In this document: piece after piece, positions 1 to 8,050 of the stretch
Numbering within the stretch: position 1 is the stretch's first letter
How the letters are laid out: each line of letters begins with the position of its first letter
Source: a virus
Lineage: Duplodnaviria > Caudoviricetes
Direction: 5' to 3' (one strand)
DNA length: 64,000 nt
IMG/VR virus record: IMGVR_UViG_3300033120_000864
Span: 32,001-96,000 of that record
Program-made: the position numbers and the translations under genes
The notes under the pieces: generated by a model
Told to the model about the DNA's origin: nothing
The model's database searches: none
What the model saw: the letters and a program-made list of their open reading frames with translations, nothing else

Positions 1-93
1 GGAGGAGGCTTCCATTTTGATCCCCCTGTTGAGTTCAAAAGAGGAATAGACGCTAATGGTAGAGAATACATAGCAAAAAAAGTCAGCAGATAA
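1..93 (+). CDS. 3' end of a gene truncated by the window edge
   Basis: Frame 1 open from base 1 (GGGFHFDPPVEFKRGIDANGREYIAKKVSR) to TAA at 91-93. Confidence 0.5.
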   Translation, partial: GGGFHFDPPVEFKRGIDANGREYIAKKVSR

Positions 94-120
94 TTTGATA
101 GTGTTTAAAAACAAAAAAAG

Positions 121-705
121 ATGAATTTTAGTACAAGTAATGTAACAAGTGAAGTAAAGATTTCTCCTAAGTTTAACGTAGGTTGGAATCAGTGTAAGAT
201 TGAAGGTATTGACATTAAAGAGGCCTCTACAGGCTCAAAACAACTAAAGTTTAGAGTGTATGGCCCCCCTATTACTGTACCAGGATTTAAGGCTTTTAAA
301 AAGGCTGATGGAGTGACTCCATATCATGGTCAAATAGGTATAGTTCAAACAAGCTATATTAAGACTGACAATGAACAACAAGTTCAAGACTTATTTAGGA
401 GGGTAATTAATCCACTTGCAATTGCTTTTGGTATTAAGCCACAAGTTGATGCAATTAGTGCTGACTCTTTAGAAGCATTTATTGCTGCAGTAACACCTTT
501 GTTCACAGATGAATCTCTTCCATACATTTGGATGAATTTTAATGGACAAGAGTATGAAAAACCAGGTTCTTCTTATCCAGGATATACACTGAGTTTCAGG
601 AATATCACAAATAACGAAGACTTTAAAGAAAAGACCACTGTTGGAACTATGAAAAAGCTTCCTGTAAAGGAGGATTCAACACCAAGTGGAGACTTAGTAT
701 TCTAA
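121..705 (+). CDS. Putative single-stranded DNA-binding/recombination protein
   Basis: Directly upstream of primase; acidic-aromatic C-terminal tail (SGDLVF) like SSB DLPF tails. Confidence 0.45.
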   Translation: MNFSTSNVTSEVKISPKFNVGWNQCKIEGIDIKEASTGSKQLKFRVYGPPITVPGFKAFKKADGVTPYHGQIGIVQTSYIKTDNEQQVQDLFRRVINPLAIAFGIKPQVDAISADSLEAFIAAVTPLFTDESLPYIWMNFNGQEYEKPGSSYPGYTLSFRNITNNEDFKEKTTVGTMKKLPVKEDSTPSGDLVF

Positions 706-712
706 TTAGACA

Positions 713-1714
713 ATGAAATTTACTACAAAAAACACAGAATCTCTGCACAATGAAATATACAAGTTAGTCAAACCAAAAGACATATTCATGTACTATTTCC
801 CCTTTGAAGAGAGGAAAATGTATAATTCTCCTTTCAGAAAAGATCCAGATCCAAGTTTCAATATAGTCAACAAAGACGGAAATTGGTTCTTTAATGATTT
901 TGGATATAGGGGTGGAGATGCTGTGAAATTTGTAGAATTATTGTTTGGTTTAAACTACTATGGTGCTTGCAACAAGATCAAAAAGGATTTTGGTTTGAGT
1001 GATGTTAAAATAGATGAGCTCCAACAAATTGATTCCTCTATCGAGATAGAGAAAGAAAAAAAGGAATTTAACATTACATTCACTCCAAGACCTTTTACAG
1101 ATCTTGAACTTGACTACTGGAAACAGTTTGATATTTCTAAAGCAGATTTAGAGAAAGAAGAGATTTTTGCTGCTAAGAAGCTTTGGTATAATGATAAAGA
1201 AGTTTATCTATCAGACAAAATTTTAAGATTTATATATAGATACACAAATGATGGAGAAAATTTTAAAAAAAAGATATATACTCCAGAGAGTGAAGATTTT
1301 AAGTGGATTGGTTCAATTTCTCAAAAACATATTGAAGGAATAAATCAATTACCATTTAAAAATGAATCTGTTATTATTCAAAAATCTAGAAAAGATAGAG
1401 TTGTAATGAAAAAAATACATGAAGATGTTATTAATACTCAAAATGAGAATTTTAAGTGTATAACACCAGAACTTACAAGGTTTTTAGATAAACATTATAG
1501 GTATAAGTATATTTTTTGGGATTCTGATTCTGTAGGAGTAGAAGAATGTAAAAAACTTAATGAAAAAGGTTATTTATACTTAAATATTCCTAAAAAGATT
1601 TATGAAGAAACAGGATGTAAAGATGTATCTGATATTATAAAACATTTTGGTACTGAAGAAGGATATGCTATAATAGCATTAGAAATGATGAAAAAAGGTA
1701 TCTCACTAAATTAA
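713..1714 (+). CDS. DNA primase (crAss-type, TOPRIM)
   Basis: SPFRKDPDPSF...FNDFG...GD N-terminus; TOPRIM FWDSDSVG and KDVSD motifs. Confidence 0.85.
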   Translation: MKFTTKNTESLHNEIYKLVKPKDIFMYYFPFEERKMYNSPFRKDPDPSFNIVNKDGNWFFNDFGYRGGDAVKFVELLFGLNYYGACNKIKKDFGLSDVKIDELQQIDSSIEIEKEKKEFNITFTPRPFTDLELDYWKQFDISKADLEKEEIFAAKKLWYNDKEVYLSDKILRFIYRYTNDGENFKKKIYTPESEDFKWIGSISQKHIEGINQLPFKNESVIIQKSRKDRVVMKKIHEDVINTQNENFKCITPELTRFLDKHYRYKYIFWDSDSVGVEECKKLNEKGYLYLNIPKKIYEETGCKDVSDIIKHFGTEEGYAIIALEMMKKGISLN

Positions 1715-1731
1715 TCTAATTTGATGATAGA

Positions 1732-1763
1732 TTTGGAGAATTCAATAATTTATTCTATCTTTA
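1732..1763 (+). promoter_or_regulatory. Bacteroidota housekeeping-sigma-type promoter for the GIY-YIG gene
   Basis: TTTG(1732-1735)-N20-TATCTTTA(1756-1763). Confidence 0.65.
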
Positions 1764-1782
1764 CTAGACTAAAAGTAAAAAT

Positions 1783-2379
1783 ATGGAAAAATCAGGAATT
1801 TATCAAATTATTAATCTTCAAACTAGAAAATCCTATATAGGAAGTAGTAAAAATTTACAAACTAGAAAATATCAACATTGGTATAGATTAAAAGCTAATA
1901 TTCATCCAAATCAACATTTACAAAATGCTTGGAATAAGTATACTAAAAATAGTTTTATCTTTATAATACTTGAACAATGTGATATTAATAGTCTATTAAA
2001 TAAAGAACAATACTATATAGATATTTTAAAACCTGAATTTAATATAAGAAAAGAATGTATAAATAATAAAGGGTTTAAACATTCTGAAATTACTAAAATA
2101 GAAATATCTAATACTTCTAAAAAAAGATGGAATGAAAATAGAGAAAAAATGACTGAATGTCTTTATAAACCAATTTTATGTTACAATAAAAAAGGAGAAT
2201 TTATAAAAGAATATAAATCAGTAAAAGAAGCATCTTTAGATATTAAAACTTTTAGTACTAATATAAGCCAAGTTTTAAAAGACAAAAATATATTTGTGAA
2301 AGGATTTCATTTTAAGTATAAAATCAATAATGAGATTATAAAACAAATAGTAATAAGAAGAAAAAGAAAAAGGAATTAA
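1783..2379 (+). mobile_element. Free-standing GIY-YIG homing endonuclease with NUMOD-like C-terminus
   Basis: SGIYQI...SYIGSS...R motif; GFKHSE and EYKSVKEAS motifs; very low GC. Confidence 0.9.
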
Positions 2380-2401
2380 AAAACAAAGGAATACTCATAT
2401 A

Positions 2402-2695
2402 ATGAAAAGGAATTTCGGTTTAAATCAAGTGAAGAATACTTGTTCAATGAGAGAATTGACTAGTATGAATCCTGTTATACTTGATGATGATAAGTATACA
2501 GAGAAAGACTTCATGGATGAAGTAAATGCCTACAAGAAAAAGTATAGATTTGATCCTTTTAAGACTATTATTTACAACACTACTTTCTCTGCTGGTCAGA
2601 GAAGGGAACTTGTAAAGAAATTTAGTTTTAAAGAGATTAGCTCATATGTAGGTAATCATCACAGCACTGTTTACATCATGCAAAAAAATGTATAA
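2402..2695 (+). CDS. Hypothetical protein, degenerate GNAT-like; paralog of 2996-3298
   Basis: TCSMREL...IIYNTTF...Q...FKEISSY shared with 2996-3298. Confidence 0.55.
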   Translation: MKRNFGLNQVKNTCSMRELTSMNPVILDDDKYTEKDFMDEVNAYKKKYRFDPFKTIIYNTTFSAGQRRELVKKFSFKEISSYVGNHHSTVYIMQKNV

Positions 2696-2994
2696 TGAAG
2701 AAAGTACTAATAATAGCATTAATTATGCTATCAACAACGATTATACAAGCGAGAACTCTTTATATTCTCAAACTTAATCTAAGACAAATTAGTTATAGTT
2801 TATCTTTATCTAAACAATTTAGAGACTATAGTAATCAAATAGATTTTGAAATTCCAGTGGATAAAGATTATTATGATAAAATGTCTGTTGGCAATGATGT
2901 AACAGATAACTTTAGAATAGGTAGTTTAATATTCAAAGGAAGTTTTGGAAGTTGGAGAATAAAAGTGAAGGAAAAATACACAAAAGAAATATAA
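2695..2994 (+). CDS. Hypothetical exported/membrane-anchored protein
   Basis: Signal-peptide-like N-terminus MKKVLIIALIML; TAATG coupling. Confidence 0.6.
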   Translation: MKKVLIIALIMLSTTIIQARTLYILKLNLRQISYSLSLSKQFRDYSNQIDFEIPVDKDYYDKMSVGNDVTDNFRIGSLIFKGSFGSWRIKVKEKYTKEI

Positions 2995-2995
2995 C

Positions 2996-3298
2996 ATGGA
3001 AGTAGATGAAGTGGCTCACACCTGTTCAATGGCAGAACTAGGAGGAGGCCTTTCTATTGATGATTTTACTTCTCTTGGAGAAAGAGATTTAGATGTCACT
3101 ATAAAAGAAGAAATTTTGTGTAGAAATATAAATATAGATCCTCGAAAGATAAGATGTATTTTATATAACACTAAATTTACCTTCTTACAAAGGCTTTATA
3201 TTCGTATCTTCCATGGTTTTAAGACTATAGGAAGTTATAAAAACAAAAATAATGAAAAGATTTTCATAACAATAAAAAAAGTAAAGTGGGAGGAATGA
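2996..3298 (+). CDS. Hypothetical protein, degenerate GNAT-like; paralog of 2402-2695
   Basis: TCSMAEL...ILYNTKF...Q...GFKTIGSY. Confidence 0.55.
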   Translation: MEVDEVAHTCSMAELGGGLSIDDFTSLGERDLDVTIKEEILCRNINIDPRKIRCILYNTKFTFLQRLYIRIFHGFKTIGSYKNKNNEKIFITIKKVKWEE

Positions 3299-3675
3299 TC
3301 AAACACAACGTAGCAGTATATGGTACACTTCTATCTGGACTATGGAATCATGGTTTATTAGAAGGTTCTAAGTTAATAACTCCAGGACAAACTGCAGAGA
3401 AAATGAAAATGACTGTTAATGTCATTCCTTATGTCTCAAAAAAAGAAGAGATTTCCAGTATTAAAGTGGAAGTATATGAGGTGAATGACTCTATTTTAAG
3501 TGGTTTAGATCACTTAGAAGGACATCCTACTTTTTACAAAAGAGAAAAGGTTGATGTACTAGGAGAAGATGGCAATATTCATAAATGCTGGATTTATTTA
3601 TGTGATGCTTCTACTGATAATATAGTAGAAGATGGTGACTATAAAGGATACAGAACAAAAAAAGGACTAAAATAA
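3295..3675 (+). CDS. Gamma-glutamylcyclotransferase (GGCT/AIG2-like)
   Basis: VAVYGTL...NH, EVYEV...LDHLEGHPTFYKR, WIY; ATG at 3295 overlaps upstream TGA. Confidence 0.9.
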   Translation: MIKHNVAVYGTLLSGLWNHGLLEGSKLITPGQTAEKMKMTVNVIPYVSKKEEISSIKVEVYEVNDSILSGLDHLEGHPTFYKREKVDVLGEDGNIHKCWIYLCDASTDNIVEDGDYKGYRTKKGLK

Positions 3676-4019
3676 TGACAGCACCAGTATTAGTAGAAGA
3701 AAAATTAGATGCAGCATTATTTAGGACTATTATTGATAAAGCTGCTGATAGGGGATTTATGTTTCCTAGAAAAAGCATATTCTTTCTAATAGTATATATT
3801 AGAAGTTGGCTTGAAAGTATAGATATTCATATATCTATAAGAAAAGTTACTATGGGTATTTACAGTGGCAGGTATCAATATGAAGTGAGAAAAGATGGAA
3901 GACCTGTTTATTTAACAAGTCAATATTATTTAACTTCAAAAGATGCTGAAAGAGCTGCTGTTCATGCTATATTGATAGATGAACACAAAAGTTTTTGGAA
4001 TGGTGAAAGAAAAGCTTAA
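3675..4019 (+). CDS. Hypothetical protein
   Basis: Translationally coupled ORF in the operon. Confidence 0.6.
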   Translation: MTAPVLVEEKLDAALFRTIIDKAADRGFMFPRKSIFFLIVYIRSWLESIDIHISIRKVTMGIYSGRYQYEVRKDGRPVYLTSQYYLTSKDAERAAVHAILIDEHKSFWNGERKA

Positions 4020-4695
4020 ACCTTATGTTGAGGAAAGATGGCTTAATTTTATAGCACCAATCTTAGAGTCTTCAAAAATATTACCAACTTTAACAGAAAG
4101 AAAGAGAGTTGCAACAATAGTACCCAAACAGGTAGATATGTTCAATTGCTTTAAGTACACTCCTTTTGATAAAGTTAAAGTGGTTATATTAGGTCAAACT
4201 CCATATCATAGTTTGGTAAATGGAGAACCTGAAGCTCATGGACTTGCTTTTAGTTATAGAAAAAAAGAATTAGATTTTCATGTTCCCCAAAGTTTGGCTG
4301 TCATCAGAAATGAGATAGAAACAGATGTGTATAATGGAGAAATGATAACATTTGATCCTAATCTAGAAAGATGGGCAAAACAAGGTGTTTTATTATTAAA
4401 TACAGCACTGACAACAGAGTTAGGAAGTAAAGATGCTCATATCGAGCTCTGGCAACCTTTCACTGAAGAAGTGATAAAGACATTAAATGAACTTAATTCT
4501 GGTTTGATATTTTGCCTATGGGGTAATCATGCTAAAGGATATGCTCATTTAATAAACAAAAACAATCATATTCTTTCTGCAGGACATCCTGCAAGTGAGT
4601 TATATGGAGGTAAAGGAAGTTTTTATGGATGTAAGCATTTTTCTGCTGTAAACAACATTTTAAAGGGATACAAACAAGAAGAAATAGAATGGTAA
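3979..4695 (+). CDS. ung: Family-1 uracil-DNA glycosylase homolog with catalytic Asp replaced by Thr
   Basis: VKVVILGQTPYH, AHGLAFS, WAKQGVLLLNTALT, FCLWG, GHPAS. Confidence 0.9.
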   Translation: MNTKVFGMVKEKLKPYVEERWLNFIAPILESSKILPTLTERKRVATIVPKQVDMFNCFKYTPFDKVKVVILGQTPYHSLVNGEPEAHGLAFSYRKKELDFHVPQSLAVIRNEIETDVYNGEMITFDPNLERWAKQGVLLLNTALTTELGSKDAHIELWQPFTEEVIKTLNELNSGLIFCLWGNHAKGYAHLINKNNHILSAGHPASELYGGKGSFYGCKHFSAVNNILKGYKQEEIEW

Positions 4696-5408
4696 CAGTT
4701 GAGAATAAAAGTGAAGCATTTACTAAAATATATTTACCTCATATACAAAAGACTATTGATAAAGTAAAAGATTTAGAAATCTTTAAAGATGCTAAATGGA
4801 ATATTCATCATTATTCTAATGTAGGAGGACTATATTTTACTAACAATGAAGATTACTTTAGTTGCAAAGTAAAATTATTTAATGCAATTGAAGATGATTC
4901 AATCTTTTCCAGATTTAACTCAGAATTAGGAGCTTTTACAATATCATGTTTTCCACATTGTTGTGGTGCATGTATTATAACAGCTGATTATGGTTCTTTT
5001 GGTAGATATGGTAAAGATAGAAAATGTGTAGAAGGAGAACCATTCCTTCTATTAGCAATGCATATTGCTGCAAGATATTATAGAAATGCTTTCAATGCAG
5101 ATAGTGAAAGAAATGCTAGTAATCTTAAAGCATATGAAAAATGTGGTTTTACAGTGCTAAATAAATTTGAAGGTAGGCATCAAGCTTCCTTATTTTTAGC
5201 AGGTACACCATTGGTACAAGATGAGAATTATTATTTAAACAAATTGATAAGCCTTTATGGAAAAGAAGAGAGTGGTAGGACAGAAACTCCTACACAGGAT
5301 CAGAATCAGGAGCAGGCATCCCAGCCATCAGAGCCTGAGGAAGTTATTAGCGAGAGTGAAAGTACCAACAGTTTTCAGGTTGGGATCTACAACGCCTTGC
5401 GAAGCTAA
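4689..5408 (+). CDS. GNAT-fold acyltransferase-like protein with CCG motif
   Basis: FPHCCGACI and GNAT-like RNASNLKAYEKCGFTVL; acidic tail overlaps next gene. Confidence 0.5.
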   Translation: MVTVENKSEAFTKIYLPHIQKTIDKVKDLEIFKDAKWNIHHYSNVGGLYFTNNEDYFSCKVKLFNAIEDDSIFSRFNSELGAFTISCFPHCCGACIITADYGSFGRYGKDRKCVEGEPFLLLAMHIAARYYRNAFNADSERNASNLKAYEKCGFTVLNKFEGRHQASLFLAGTPLVQDENYYLNKLISLYGKEESGRTETPTQDQNQEQASQPSEPEEVISESESTNSFQVGIYNALRS

Positions 5409-6057
5409 AGTAGAAATAAATTCTATTGAAGCTGTACAGAATAGTTCTTCAAAAATGAGAATGAAAAAATGTTTTGCAGAAGGAAAAGTTCGTACTGCTG
5501 AATACTTTACAGCTAAAGATGTTAAGGAATTAACAACTCAAGCTGCTAAGATAACAGGAGGATGGAAAAGCAAACTTGTTTGTAAAAGCTTTTTTGGTTC
5601 AAGAGGTAGAGGTAATTATCTTATAGATAATGAGGCTAAACTTATTGAGTGGACTAAGGGTAAGGACTTATCAGGATATGTATATGAAAGGTTTTATAAT
5701 TTTACAAAAGAATATAGACTTCATGTTACAGAAGATGGTTGTTTTTACACATGTAGAAAACTTCTTAAGGAGGGTACTCCTGAACAAAATAAATGGTATA
5801 GAAATGATTCCAACTGTGTTTGGATATTAGAAGAGAATCCCTCTTTCGATAAACCAAAGAATTGGAAAGATATAGAAACAGAATGTGTAAAAGCATTAAA
5901 AGCTGTAAAGCTTGATGTTGGTGCATGTGATGTAAAAGTTTCTAAAGATGGTGAGTTTATTGTGATTGAAATTAATTCTGCTCCTTCTTTAGGAGAAATA
6001 ACCTTACAAAAATATTTGGAGACTATACCTAAATTAGTTAACAAAAAAGTAGGGTAA
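5257..6057 (+). CDS. ATP-grasp amide/peptide ligase (RimK/YheC-like)
   Basis: K-SFFGSRGRG loop, KEYRLHV, GACDV, IVIEINSAPSL. Confidence 0.88.
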   Translation: MEKKRVVGQKLLHRIRIRSRHPSHQSLRKLLARVKVPTVFRLGSTTPCEAKVEINSIEAVQNSSSKMRMKKCFAEGKVRTAEYFTAKDVKELTTQAAKITGGWKSKLVCKSFFGSRGRGNYLIDNEAKLIEWTKGKDLSGYVYERFYNFTKEYRLHVTEDGCFYTCRKLLKEGTPEQNKWYRNDSNCVWILEENPSFDKPKNWKDIETECVKALKAVKLDVGACDVKVSKDGEFIVIEINSAPSLGEITLQKYLETIPKLVNKKVG

Positions 6058-6753
6058 ATGGGGCATAGAGTTCACGCAGATTTATATAACAAAGATGGTA
6101 AAGTAATTACTTCTGTAAGAAATGGAGCTTGTGATAGTGGAATAAATCCATTTAGACATCATGCAGCAGTAAAATGGGTAAGATATATCGAAGTAAAGAA
6201 TTGTAAATACTCAGCTAAAGAAGTTAAAGCTTGGGTAGATTTTTGTACAAGATGTGGTTTTAAATCTTATCTTAGCCTAAAAGAACAGGAAGTAAAAACA
6301 GGATATGGTGGAAGAGCTGATTCCAAATGTTATAGTATCACTCTACTGAGAAAAGATTATAAAAATGATTTACATCTTTTTATAGCTGGTACTTTAATAA
6401 GAATGATTAGTTATGATATATATCCTTGTTACCAGGAAATTCCAAAGGTTGTTTTTAATATGAAAGATTTAAAGAAGGCAACTTCTTTAGAAAAACTCAT
6501 ATTAGCACATTATGGAATAAAGCAAAATGTACATGGATACCATGGATTATTCTATACAGGAGCTGGTTATAATGTTTGGAAATTACAAAAGTTTTCAGAT
6601 TTAAAATTAACTGGTGGTAGTATTAATGCAGTATTTCAGGTTCCTTTAAAAGGTATTACTAATAAAAAAGTAAGAGCTTTAATGGATACTAAAAAGTACA
6701 AAGAAGCTTATGCATTATTAAAATCAAAAGAAAAAGAAGATGCAAAAGGTTGA
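6058..6753 (+). CDS. Cys-containing hypothetical protein; tandem paralog of 6740-7420
   Basis: Shared KDGKV...CD...KWVRY...CKY...TRCGFK...CY...KDY blocks. Confidence 0.75.
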   Translation: MGHRVHADLYNKDGKVITSVRNGACDSGINPFRHHAAVKWVRYIEVKNCKYSAKEVKAWVDFCTRCGFKSYLSLKEQEVKTGYGGRADSKCYSITLLRKDYKNDLHLFIAGTLIRMISYDIYPCYQEIPKVVFNMKDLKKATSLEKLILAHYGIKQNVHGYHGLFYTGAGYNVWKLQKFSDLKLTGGSINAVFQVPLKGITNKKVRALMDTKKYKEAYALLKSKEKEDAKG

Positions 6754-7420
6754 TTTAGACATAGTTGACAAAGATGGAAAAGTTTTAAGAGAAATCAGAT
6801 ATGATGTTTGTGATGCTAGAGCTAGACTTTCTCAATATCCATTAGGATATAAATGGGTCAGATATGTTATAATCAAAGACTGTAAGTATAACGATGATGA
6901 AATTAGGAGATGGTGTAATTTTGTTACTAGATGTGGCTTCAAATGTCATTTTAGTAATGAAATAGTTAGACCACAAGTGTTTTCTAGTTTTGGAAAAAAT
7001 GAAGCAACAGATTGTTATACTATTACATTATATCCTAAAGATTATAATAATAACGATATGCATTTCTTAATAGGAAATACAGTTGTTAGAATGATTAATT
7101 TTGATGAATGTTTAGAAAACATTCCTAAAATAGTTGAAGAGATTAACATAAGAATGAATCCTCTTCAAAAATTATTGTTAGCTTGTTATACTCTACCATC
7201 TTCAAATCATGCACCTGCTAATAAAAATTTATATAATTATGATATACATAGATATGAAACTCGTCCTTATAAACTACTAAAAACTAAAGAGTTTGTAATA
7301 AAGGATGGAGTACAGAAATCAATGTCTATACCATTATTAGGTAAAAATTTAGAAACAGTGATGAAATCAATAAACGAAAAAGATTACAAAACAGCGTACA
7401 ATTATTTAAATGGAAAGTAA
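6740..7420 (+). CDS. Cys-containing hypothetical protein; tandem paralog of 6058-6753
   Basis: Same blocks as 6058-6753. Confidence 0.75.
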   Translation: MQKVDLDIVDKDGKVLREIRYDVCDARARLSQYPLGYKWVRYVIIKDCKYNDDEIRRWCNFVTRCGFKCHFSNEIVRPQVFSSFGKNEATDCYTITLYPKDYNNNDMHFLIGNTVVRMINFDECLENIPKIVEEINIRMNPLQKLLLACYTLPSSNHAPANKNLYNYDIHRYETRPYKLLKTKEFVIKDGVQKSMSIPLLGKNLETVMKSINEKDYKTAYNYLNGK

Positions 7421-8048
7421 GAAAGTATATGTAGTGGGAGGAAGTAATGGCTACGCAAATTGGCTAATTGAAATGGGTATGGAACTAACAAAAGTCCCAG
7501 AAGAAGCTGATATTGCAATGTTCACAGGAGGTGCAGATATCAACCCTGCTATATATGGAGAAAAACCAGGTAGTAGAACATACTTCTATGATACTAGAGA
7601 TAGAATGGAATTAGAAGCCTATAGAACCTTTAGGGAGCTCGAAACTCCTATGATAGGTATCTGTAGAGGTGGACAACTTTTTACTGCCTTAAATGGTCAT
7701 AAATTAGTTCAACATAGTAGCCATCCATACAGCCACAATGTGGTAACAAACAGAGGAGAACTGTACAGTATAAACTCAATGCATCACCAACAATTTCTTC
7801 TTGATGAAGATAACAAGAATTATGAGTTGATTGCATGGGCTGAAAACATATCAGATGTCCATTTAGATGGAGATGATGTGGACTATAATTTCCCAAAAAC
7901 ATACAAAGAACCAGAAGTGGTGTATTATCCAGAAACAATGTGTTTAGCAATACAATGTCATCCTGAAGCAATTCATAATGTCAGGACAATGGATTACTTC
8001 AAGAGTCTGGTAAATCAATATTTAATAAAAGAAAAAATAACAGCTTAA
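7410..8048 (+). CDS. Class I glutamine amidotransferase / peptidase C26 (gamma-glutamyl hydrolase-like)
   Basis: FTGGADINPAIYG, RD..E, GICRGGQ nucleophile elbow, NSMHHQ, QCHPE. Confidence 0.92.
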   Translation: MESKKVYVVGGSNGYANWLIEMGMELTKVPEEADIAMFTGGADINPAIYGEKPGSRTYFYDTRDRMELEAYRTFRELETPMIGICRGGQLFTALNGHKLVQHSSHPYSHNVVTNRGELYSINSMHHQQFLLDEDNKNYELIAWAENISDVHLDGDDVDYNFPKTYKEPEVVYYPETMCLAIQCHPEAIHNVRTMDYFKSLVNQYLIKEKITA

Positions 8049-8050
8049 AA

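Noticed and set aside
1715-2401. Group I intron around the GIY-YIG genes
   Set aside because: Flanking non-coding DNA is under 90 nt, too short for a ribozyme core, and the neighbouring genes are complete
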